Part shown: positions 50,452 to 60,979 of the stretch, in pieces | Numbering within the stretch: the first letter of the stretch is position 1 | How the letters are laid out: each line of letters opens with the position of its first letter | Origin: Eledone cirrhosa | Lineage: Eukaryota | Reading direction: 5' to 3' | Length of the DNA: 64,000 nt | NCBI GenBank assembly: GCA_964016885.1 | Contig: OZ024761.1 | Coordinates: 2,418,001 to 2,482,000 of the forward strand | Made by a program: the position numbers and the translations under genes | Notes under the pieces: generated by a model | What the model was told of the DNA's origin: nothing | Databases searched by the model: none | The model's input: the letters and a program-made list of their open reading frames with translations, nothing else

Positions 50452-52812
50452 ATGTGTTGGTGTGGAGAGGGAATATCAGGTGTGTTGGTGTGTGTGGAGA
50501 GGGAATATCAGGTGTGTTGGTGTGTGTGGAGAGGGAATATCAGGTGTGTTGGTGTGTATGGAGAGAGAATATCAGGTGTGTGTGGAGAGGGAATATCAGG
50601 TGTGTTGGTGTGTGTGGAGAGGGAATATCAGGTGTGTTGGTGTGTGTGGAGAGGGAATATCAGGTGTGTTGGTGTGTGTGGAGAGGGAATATCAGGTGTG
50701 TTGGTGTGTGTGGAGAGAGAATATCAGGTGTGTTGGTGTGTGTGGAGAGGGAATATCAGGTGTGTTGGTGTGTATGGAGAGGGAATATCAGGTGTGTTGG
50801 TGTGTATGGAGAGAGAATATCAGGTGTGTTGGTGTGTGTGGAGAGGGAATATCAGGTGTGTTGGTGTGTGTGGAGAGGGAATATCAGGTGTGTTGGTGTG
50901 TGTGGAGAGGGAATATCAGGTGTGTTGGTGTGTGTGGAGAGGGAATATCAGGTGTGTTGGTGTGTGTGGAGAGAGAATATCAGGTGTGTTTGTGTGGAGA
51001 GGGAATATCAGGTGTGTTGGTGTGTGTGGAGAGAGAATATCAGGTGTGTTGGTGTGTGTGGAGAGAGAATATCAGGTGTGTTGGTGTGTATGGAGAGGGA
51101 ATATCAGGTGTGTTGGTGTGTGTGGAGAGAGAATATCAGGTGTGTTTGTGTGGAGAGGGAATATCAGGTGTGTTGGTGTGTGTGGAGAGAGAATATCAGG
51201 TGTGTTGGTGTGTGTGGAGAGGGAATATCAGGTGTGTTGGTGTGTGTGGAGAGAGAATATCAGGTGTGTTGGTGTGGAGAAGGAATATCAGGTGTGTTGG
51301 TGTGTGTGGAGAGGGAATATCAGGTGTGTTGGTGTGTGTGGAGAGGGAATATCAGGTGTGTTGGTGTGTATGGAGAGGGAATATCAGGTGTGTTGGTGTG
51401 TGTGGAGAAGGAATATCAGGTGTGTTGGTGTGTATGGAGAGGGAATATCAGGTGTGTTGGTGTGTGTGGAGAGGGAATATCAGGTGTGTTGGTGTGTGTG
51501 GAGAGGGAATATCAGGTGTGTTGGTGTGTGTGGAGAGGGAATATCAGGTGTGTTGGTGTGTATGGAGAGGGAATATCAGGTGTGTTGGTGTGTGTGGAGA
51601 GGGAATATCAGGTGTGTTGGTGTGTGTGGAGAGGGAATATCAGGTGTGTTGGTGTGTGTGGAGAGGGAATATCAGGTGTGTTTGTGTGGAGAGGGAATAT
51701 CAGGTGTGTTGGTGTGTGTGGAGAGGGAATATCAGGTGTGTTGGTGTGTGTGGAGAGAGAATATCAGGTGTGTTGGTGTGGAGAAGGAATATCAGGTGTG
51801 TTGGTGTGTGTGGAGAGGGAATATCAGGTGTGTTGGTGTGTGTGGAGAGGGAATATCAGGTGTGTTGGTGTGTATGGAGAGGGAATATCAGGTGTGTTGG
51901 TGTGTGTGGAGAAGGAATATCAGGTGTGTTGGTGTGTGTGGAGAGGGAATATCAGGTGTGTTGGTGTGTGTGGAGAGGGAATATCAGGTGTGTTGGTGTG
52001 TGTGGAGAGGGAATATCAGGTGTGTTGGTGTGTGTGGAGAGGGAATATCAGGTGTGTTGGTGTGTATGGAGAGGGAATATCAGGTGTGTTGGTGTGTGTG
52101 GAGAGGGAATATCAGGTGTGTTGGTGTGTGTGGAGAGGGAATATCAGGTGTGTTGGTGTGTGTGGAGAGGGAATATCAGGTGTGTTGGTGTGTATGGAGA
52201 GGGAATATCAGGTGTGTTGGTGTGTGTGGAGAGGGAATATCAGGTGTGTTTGTGTGGAGAGGGAATATCAGGTGTGTTGGTGTGTGTGGAGAGAGAATAT
52301 CAGGTGTGTTGGTGTGTGTGGAGAGGGAATATCAGGTGTGTTGGTGTGTATGGAGAGGGAATATCAGGTGTGTTGGTGTGTGTGGAGAGGGAATATCAGG
52401 TGTGTTGGTGTGTATGGAGAGGGAATATCAGGTGTGTTGGTGTGTATGGAGAGGGAATATCAGGTGTGTTGGTGTGTGTGGAGAGGGAATATCAGGTGTG
52501 TTGGTGTGTGTGGAGAGGGAATATCAGGTGTGTTGGTGTGGAGAGGGAATATCAGGTGTGTTGGTGTGTGTGGAGAGGGAATATCAGGTGTGTTGGTGTG
52601 TGTGGAGAGGGAATATCAGGTGTGTTGGTGTGTGTGGAGAGGGAATATCAGGTGTGTTGGTGTGGAGAGGGAATATCAGGTGTGTTGGTGTGTATGGAGA
52701 GGGAATATCAGGTGTGTTGGTGTGTGTGGAGAGGGAATATCAGGTGTGTTGGTGTGTGTGGAGAGGGAATATCAGGTGTGTTGGTGTGGAGAGGGAATAT
52801 CAGGTGTGTTGG
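50452..52812. repeat. About 32-bp GT-rich minisatellite, roughly 75 copies
   Basis: Unit ggagagggaatatcaggtgtgttggtgtgtgt. Confidence 0.96.
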
Positions 52813-52876
52813 TGAAGTTCAGCAAGCATGGAAGTTTACTGTCAAAAAGCTTTGAATCACAGGTGTAAGGTTGCCA

Positions 52877-53775
52877 TTGTTGTTGTAGTTGTTACTGTTG
52901 TTGTTATTGTTGTTGTTACTGTTGTTGTTGTTACTGTTGTTGTTACTGTTGTTGTTATTGTTGTTGTTACTGTTGTTGTTGTTACTGTTGTTGTTACTGT
53001 TGTTGTTACTGTTGTTGTTACTGTTGTTGTTGTTACTGTTGTTGTTACTGTTGTTGTTACTGTTGTTGTTGTTGTTACTGTTGTTGTTGTTACTGTTGTT
53101 GTTGTTACTGTTGTTGTTGTTACTGTTGTTGTTGTTACTGTTGTTGTTGTTACTGTTGTTGTTGTTACTGTTGTTGTTGTTACTGTTGTTGTTGTTACTG
53201 TTGTTGTTGTTACTGTTGTTGTTACTGTTGTTGTTGTTACTGTTGTTGTTGTTACTGTTGTTGTTGTTACTGTTGTTTGTTGTTACTGTTGTTGTTACTG
53301 TTGTTGTTACTGTTGTTGTTGTTACTGTTGTTGTTGTTACTGTTGTTGTTGTTACTGTTGTTGTTACTGTTGTTGTTACTGTTGTTGTTGTTACTGTTGT
53401 TGTTGTTACTGTTGTTGTTGTTACTGTTGTTGTTGTTACTGTTGTTGTTACTGTTGTTGTTACTGTTGTTGTTGTTACTGTTGTTGTTACTGTTGTTGTT
53501 ACTGTTGTTGTTGTTACTGTTGTTGTTACTGTTGTTGTTACTGTTGTTGTTATTGTTACTGTTGTTGTTACTGTTGTTGTTACTGTTGTTGTTATTGTTA
53601 CTGTTGTTGTTGTTACTGTTGTTGTTACTGTTGTTGTTACTGTTGTTGTTACTGTTGTTGTTATTGTTACTGTTGTTGTTACTGTTGTTGTTACTGTTGT
53701 TGTTATTGTTACTGTTGTTGTTACTGTTGTTGTTATTGTTACTGTTGTTGTTACTGTTGTTGTTACTGTTGTTGT
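52877..53775. repeat. (GTT/ACT)n microsatellite abutting the exon 7 acceptor
   Basis: Seen directly. Confidence 0.97.
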
Positions 53776-53777
53776 AG

Positions 53778-53890
53778 GCAGTGAAACTTCAGGAACAACA
53801 AAGCAAGGTTGAGCGGGAGAAATACGAGATGGAGGTTTTACAGGAGGAACGTAGGAAGACAGAGGAGAGAAGACGACGACAGGATTTTGG
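53778..53890 (+). CDS. TCHP: Trichoplein coding exon 7 (AVKLQEQQSKVEREKYEMEVLQEERRKTEERRRRQDF + GG)
   Basis: Acceptor gttgtag, donor GG|gtgaga, 113 nt, phase 2. Matches human [29 protein letters not shown]. Confidence 0.9.
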
Positions 53891-53904
53891 GTGAGAACCT
53901 CTTT

Positions 53905-55021
53905 TACTACCGCACCTACCACTACTGCCACCACTACTGCCACCACTACTGCCACTACTGCCACCACTACTGCCACCACTACTGCCACCATCACTACTGC
54001 CACCACTACTGCCACCACTACTGCCACCACCACTACTGCCACCACTACTGCCACTACTGCCACCACCACTACTGCCACCACTACTGCCACCACCACTACT
54101 ACCACCACTACTGCCACTACTACTGCCACCACCACTACTGCCACCACTACTACCACCACTACTGCCACCACTACTGCCACCATCACTACTGCCACCACTA
54201 CTGTCACCACTACTGCCACCACCACTACTGCCACTACTGCCACCACTACTGCCACCACTACTGCCACTACTGCCACCACCACTACTGCCACTACTGCCAC
54301 TACTACTGCCACCACCACTACTGCCACTACTGCCACCATCACTACTGCCACCACTACTGCCACCACCACTATTGCCACTACTGCCACCACCAGTACTGCT
54401 ATCACCACTACCACTACAGCCTCTACCACTACTGCCACCACCACCACCACTACCACGACTGCCACCATCACTACTGCCACCACCATTACCACTACCACTA
54501 CTGCCACCACCATTACCTTTACTGCCACCACCACTACCACTACTACTGTCACTACTACCACCACCACCACCACTACCACTACTGCCACCACCATTACCTT
54601 TACTGCCACCACCACTACCACTACTACTGTCACTACTACCACCACCACCACCACTACCACTACTGCCACCACCATTACCTTTACTGCCACCACCACTACC
54701 ACTACTACTGTCACTACTACCACCACCACCACCACTACCACTACTGCCACCACCATTACCTTTACTGCCACCACCACTACCACTACTACTGTCACTACTA
54801 CCACCACCACCACCACTACCACTACTGCCACCACCATTACCTTTACTGCCACCACCACTACCACTACTACTGTCACTACTACCACCACCACTACCACCAT
54901 CACTACTACAACCACCACCACCACTACTACCACGACCACCACTACCATTACTGCCACCACCACTACCACTACTACTATTACTGCCACCACCACTACTACC
55001 ACCGCCACCACTACTACTACC

Positions 55022-55059
<38 letters not shown>

Positions 55060-55915
55060 CACTACTGCCACTACCACTACCATTACTACCACTACCACTA
55101 CTACCACCACCACTACCACTACTGCCACCACCACTACCACTACGGCCACCACCACTACGGCCACCACCACCACTACCACTACTGCAACAACCACCACCAC
55201 CACTGCTGCCACCACGACTACCACTACTACTGTCACTATTACCACCACCACCACCACTACTGCCACCACCATTACCACTGCTACCACCACCACTACCACT
55301 ACTGCCACCACCACTACCACTACGGCCACCACCACTACGGCCACCACCACCACTACCACTACTGCAACAACCACCACCACCACTGCTGCCACCACGACTA
55401 CCACTACTACTGTCACTATTACCACCACCACTACCACTACTGCCACCACTACTACTGTCACTACTACCACCACTACTGCCACCATTACTACCACTACTAC
55501 TCACTACTACCACCACCACAGCTGCTACTACCACCACCACTACTGCCACCACCACTACCACTACTACTACTACCACCACCAGCACACCCACCACCACTAC
55601 TAACACTACTGCCACCACCAATACCACTACTGCTACCACCACTACCACTACTGCCACAACCACCACTACTATTACTGCCACCACCACTACCACTACCACT
55701 ACTGCCACAACCACCACCACTACAACTACTGCCACCACCACTACCACTACCACTACTGCCACCACCACCACCACTACAACTACTGCCACCACCACCACCA
55801 CTACCACTACTAACACTACTGCCACCACCACCTTTACCAATACCACTAAAACCACCCCCACTACCACTACTTGCATCATCACCACCACCACTACCACCTC
55901 TACCACTACACCCCC
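53905..55915. repeat. (ACC/ACT/GCC)n microsatellite filling TCHP intron 7
   Basis: Seen directly, with higher-order blocks of about 60 bp. Confidence 0.97.
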
Positions 55916-55982
55916 TCCCCCCAAAACTACACCCCCACCCTACAAGTTCCTATTCTGAGATATCATTGTTGTTGTTTTTCAG

Positions 55983-56049
55983 TCGTGTGTTACTACGGCA
56001 ACATAAATCTGTGATGCGACGTCAAGCAAGAAAGGTGCAGCAGGAACTG
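55983..56049 (+). CDS. TCHP: Trichoplein coding exon 8 (GRVLLRQHKSVMRRQARKVQQEL); remaining exons lie beyond the window
   Basis: Acceptor gtttttcag, donor CTG|gtaggg, 67 nt. Matches human [23 protein letters not shown]. Confidence 0.9.
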
Positions 56050-56289
56050 GTAGGGAACTTTACACACATTGTCACCATTGTCACTTGTCACCATTGTAAC
56101 CATTGTCACTTGTCACCATTGTCCATTGTCACCATTATCATTTTCACTGCTATCAAAGTTAGGAGTGTTTCATCACAGACCGAAGCAGTTTTTAATCTAA
56201 GCCATCGACCCCTCATATGGACTTCTTGATACATCTCACCTTCCCACTCTCTAGATAGATTGCCACTAATTATATTGAGGTACCAGCCC

Positions 56290-58072
56290 TAAGGATGTTG
56301 TCATGTCTTTGACACAACAGTCATCATCTACCCAGCACTGAGGAGGTTGTCATGTCTTTGACACAACAGTCATCTTCTACCCAGCGCTGAGGAGGTTGTC
56401 ATGTCTTTGACACAACAGTCATCTTCTACCCAGCGCTGAGGAGGTTGTCATGTCTTTGACAGAACAGTCATCATCTACCCAGTGCTGAAGAGGTTGTCAT
56501 GTCTTTGACAGAACAGTCATCATCTACCCAGCGCTGAGGAGGTTGTCATGTCTTTGACAGAACAGTCATCATCTACCCAGTGCTGAGGAGGTTGTCATGT
56601 CTTTGACACAACAGTCATCTTCTACCCAGTGCTGAGGAGGTTGTCATGTCTTTGACACAACAGTCATCTTCTACCTAGCACTGAGGAGGTTGTCATGTCT
56701 TTGACACAACAGTCATCTTCTACCTAGCACTGAGGAGGTTGTCATGTCTTTGACACAACAGTCATCTTCTACCCAGCACTGAGGAGGTTGCCATGTCTTT
56801 GACACAACAGTCATCTTCTACCCAGCACTGAGGAGGTTGTCATGTCTTTGACACAACAGTCATCTTCTACCCAGTACTGAGGAGGTTGTCATGTCTTTGA
56901 CACAACAGTCATCTTCTACCCAGCACTGAGGAGGTTGTCATGTCTTTGACACAACAGTCATCTTCTACCCAGCACTGAGGATGTTGTCATGTCTTTGACA
57001 CAACAGTCATCTTCTACCTAGTGCTGAGGAGGTTGTCATGTCTTTGACACACCACAACAGTCATTTTCTACCCAGCACTGAGGATGTTGTCATGTCTTTG
57101 ACACAACAGTCATCTTCTACCCAGCACTGAGGAGGTTGTCATGTCTTTGACACAACAGTCATCTTCTACCCAGCACTGAGGAGGTTGTCATGTCTTTGAC
57201 ACAACAGTCATCTTCTACCCAGCACTGAGGAGGTTGTCATGTCTTTGACACAACAGTCATCTTCTACCCAGCACTGAGGAGGTTGTCATGTCTTTGACAC
57301 AACAGTCATCTTCTACCCAGCACTGAGGAGGTTGTCATGTCTTTGACACAACAGTCATCTTCTACCCAGCACTGAGGATGTTGTCATGTCTTTGACACAA
57401 AAGTCATCTTCTACCCAGTGCTGAGGAGGTTGTCATGTCTTTGACACAACAGTCATCTTCTACCTAGTGCTGAGGAGGTTGTCATGTCTTTGACACAACA
57501 GTCATCTTCTACCTAGTGCTGAGGAGGTTGTCATGTCTTTGACACAACAGTCATCTTCTACCCAGTGCTGAGGAGGTTGTCATGTCTTTGACACAACAGT
57601 CATCTTCTACCTCGTGCTGAGGAGGTTGTCATGTCTTTGACACAACAGTCATCTTCTACCTCGTGCTGAGGAGGTTGTCATGTCTTTAACACAACACAAC
57701 AGTCATCTTCTACCCAGTGCTGAGGAGGTTGTCATGTCTTTGACACAACACAACAGTCATCTTCTACCCAGTGCTGAGGAGGTTGTCATGTCTTTGACAC
57801 AACAGTCATCTTCTACCTAGTGCTGAGGATGTTGTCATGTCTTTGACACAACACAACAGTCATCTTCTACCTAGTGTTGAGGAGGCTGTCATGTCTTTGA
57901 CACAACAGTCATCTGCTACCCAGCACCGAGGAGGTCGTCATGTCTTTGACACAACAGTCATCTTCTACCCAGTGCTGAGGAGGTTGTCATGTCTTTGACA
58001 CAACAGTCATCTTCTACCTAGTGCTGAGGAGGTTGTCATGTCTTTGACACAACACAACAGTCATCTTCTACC
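56290..58072. repeat. 49-bp minisatellite, about 36 copies
   Basis: Unit gaggaggttgtcatgtctttgacacaacagtcatcttctacccagcact. Confidence 0.96.
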
Positions 58073-58404
58073 CTTGTTTGGAAAGATCTCTACAACTGAA
58101 TGCCTTTCCCATCACCACCAACTTTACAGAGTGTACTTGGTGTTTTATCATGTTACTGACAATTTTAATATTCCATATTTAATCATTTTTGTTTGTACAC
58201 ACCTGGGGATTGATGCTGTGGCTGGTGGTGGTGGTGGTGGGGAGCTCGAGGATTCCATGTAGGGGTCAATTGTCTAAAAGGTTTGTGGGTCTCTAGCATA
58301 GGGGCTCCCCTTGTGTTGCCTGAATAATTGCTTGGTGTAAGATATTAAATTGGAGCTTATATAGAGTGTGGAAAGAAACTCCTTATTGAAAATTACTTGT
58401 GACC

Positions 58405-58577
58405 AGAACATCAATGACTGCTTATTCATGCAACATGGGGCCCCTCCTCATGCACTGTCCAGGAATGGTTTCATGTCCAGTTTCCAGGACATTGGTTGGA
58501 TCATCAAGGTCCACATGAATGAAGACCTGACTACGCCATGTGGTTTTTTTCCTGTTGTATTGGGTAAAGGAAGAAGT
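58405..58577 (+). mobile_element. Tc1/mariner-superfamily transposase remnant
   Basis: Across frameshifts it reads FMQHGAPPH...QEWFHVQFPGHWL...DLT.PCGFFLLYWVKEEV, matching the QDGAPPH...FPGRW...SPDLTPCDFFLWG pattern. Confidence 0.65.
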
Positions 58578-58581
58578 TTAA

Positions 58582-59020
58582 CCATTTAGCATTTACATTA
58601 CTCTATATATACTATTGTATTTTCACAGTAAAGTCTTTATCTCACATAACATCTCACATAAAGTTTACGTTACTCTATATATACTATTGTATTTTCACTG
58701 TAAAGGCTTTATCTCACATAATATCTCACATAACATTTACATTACTCTATATATACTATTGTATTTTCACAGTAAAGGCTTTATCTCACATAATATCTCA
58801 CATAACATTTACATTACTCTATATATACTATTGTATTTTCACAGAAAAGGCTGTACCTCATGTATCTCACATAACATTTACATTGCTCTATATATACTAT
58901 TGTATTTTCACTGTAAAGGCTTTACCTCACATAATATCTCACATAACGTTTACATTACTCTATATATACTATTGTATTTTCACTGTAAAGGCTTTACCTC
59001 ACATAATATCTCACATAACA
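58582..59020. mobile_element. piggyBac-like MITE end (TTAA|CCATTTAGCATT) with about 6 copies of the 72-bp repeat, interrupted by the LINE
   Basis: Reverse complement of the right part of 34320-34683. Confidence 0.8.
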
Positions 59021-59384
59021 TCTCGTATACGAGAGACGTTTGTTGACGTGTGTGAACAAGCTCGGCTACCGAGTTGGATTTACTTACTCAAAAGTGAGTT
59101 TTGATTTATTGTTTTTGTACTGTAATATACGTTAACCCCTTGCCTGGGTCGTCAGACTTTGAGTTTATTTATTTTCGCCCCTTTTTGGGGCGAATTTTAC
59201 ATTTAAAAATTTATTACGCAAACTGATAGAAATGGACAGAATTTTCACATCTCATCCTAACGAGAAAGCCACGCCCCCTAAGAAAGGTGATACAGAGAAG
59301 CTAGAAGCACAATGCACTAAGTCTTCCCTCCTCACTTCTGCAAAAGAAACATGGAACACGGAATTAAAAGAAAAATTTGTATAA

Positions 59385-60485
59385 ATGGGTGAAAACCCAG
59401 AAAGTCACATAAACGCAGACAAAAACAACAATGACAATAACAGCACCAACCAAGAAAAAAATGAAAAAAATAACGATAACCTCAAACAAAGCGAACCCAC
59501 TACTGGTGCCTCCTTTGCACAGGCAGTCCGAAAAACACAGACCTGCAAGCAACTAGACATTACAACTCTGAGAGAAAAGATGAAGGAAGCAAAACAGTAT
59601 GTAACTTTCAAAGAAGGAGGAGACTTCACAATCACCTCCCCACAAGAAATCAAAAGAGACACGACACTAAGAACGATATCTTTCAGAACAATTTCCAAAA
59701 TAACAAGGAAACCAGCTCAATTATCCCAAAAAGAAATTGTGCTGGTCCTAAAAAATGTGTGGAGTGATATATTGTTCATACAAAAAGGGCCACTCTATGG
59801 GAATATAATGGTGCTAATGAAGGATCAATTGATGGCCTGGAAATACTCTGTGTCGCCAATTGTTTCCAAGCTACACACATTTTTCCCCACATATTTTGGG
59901 AAAAGAACGCAAAAAATAAGAGTCTCCGGAATCCGGCCAAATGCATGCATTTCCTGGGTACTAACAGGATTTTTAGAAGACGAGGACGGAATCCTCTCAG
60001 TAGGAGAAGTCACCACAGACGTTTTCGGCGGTTTGAGCGTGGAGGTTCTGGTCCAAATGAGACCAGAACGAATAGCAAGAATACCACAGAGGGTGTCCCT
60101 AGATGGAGAAACATTTGTATACATTTCAGCCAAGGGTAGGAGGCCCATATGTTACTACTGTTCAAGCAGGGGTCATCTAAGGGCTGCCTGTCCTCAATTG
60201 ACAAAAAAAAAGGCTCTTTTGCCTACACCCCACACACCACCACCGCCACCACCACCACCACCACTACCACCACCACAACAACAACAAAAACAACACGGAA
60301 AAATAACACAAGACACGGTCCCACCCAAAACAACTCCAAAAATACACACAAACACAACAAAACCCCAAAATACACCACTACCCGACAGCACGGACGAGGA
60401 CCCAGCTGAAACGGCACCTAGTGACGAAGAGGGGGAACCCTTCCAACCTGTAAAAAGAAAAAAAGAAAACACCACACGAACATAA
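59385..60485 (+). CDS. LINE ORF1 (gag-like, zinc knuckle CYYCSSRGHLRAAC)
   Basis: 366-aa ORF. An in-frame upstream ATG at 59232 is cut off by TAA at 59382-59384, so it is probably damaged. Confidence 0.65.
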   Translation: MGENPESHINADKNNNDNNSTNQEKNEKNNDNLKQSEPTTGASFAQAVRKTQTCKQLDITTLREKMKEAKQYVTFKEGGDFTITSPQEIKRDTTLRTISFRTISKITRKPAQLSQKEIVLVLKNVWSDILFIQKGPLYGNIMVLMKDQLMAWKYSVSPIVSKLHTFFPTYFGKRTQKIRVSGIRPNACISWVLTGFLEDEDGILSVGEVTTDVFGGLSVEVLVQMRPERIARIPQRVSLDGETFVYISAKGRRPICYYCSSRGHLRAACPQLTKKKALLPTPHTPPPPPPPPPLPPPQQQQKQHGKITQDTVPPKTTPKIHTNTTKPQNTPLPDSTDEDPAETAPSDEEGEPFQPVKRKKENTTRT

Positions 60486-60979
60486 ACGAAACAAACACAC
60501 AACCACCAACAAAAACAAAACAAACAGAACAAACAAAATCCACCCCACCCCAAAACATAACACATACAACAAAACACAAGCACACACAAGAACAACAAAC
60601 AAACACAACACAAATAAAACAGTATACATACATTAACACAAATAACAAAGAACTAGTAAAAACAATACACAAAGACCCTTCGGTGGAAACTGAAGGGCAA
60701 TTCTTTGCAAGCGTGGCCAACAAACCGCATTTAAAAATGATAAGACTCCCAATGGACACCTATGCAAAACTAAGAGAGAACTTTCCTGAGGACGTGGGGA
60801 AAACATGTACTTGACCCTATAACCACGTCCTCTTGAAACGTTTCCCCACCCACACCCAAGACACCCACACCTCACCAAACACCCCCACCCCACCAAACAA
60901 CCCCTCCAATACGCCCATGGATATTTTGCAACCTGCTCCTCAGGAGCCGAACAGGTAGGTCCTTCCTCTTTTAACCAAC

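Noticed and set aside
48870-52868. 1332-aa ORF and overlapping 787- and 797-aa ORFs
   Set aside because: Only 48840-49013 is exon; the rest is read-through of the donor into two satellites.
52819-56229. Poly-Val, Thr, Gly-Ser, His-Tyr-Cys and Pro ORFs (also 3226-4221 and 35561-36603)
   Set aside because: These are trinucleotide microsatellites open in several frames, not mucin, extensin or reflectin-like genes.
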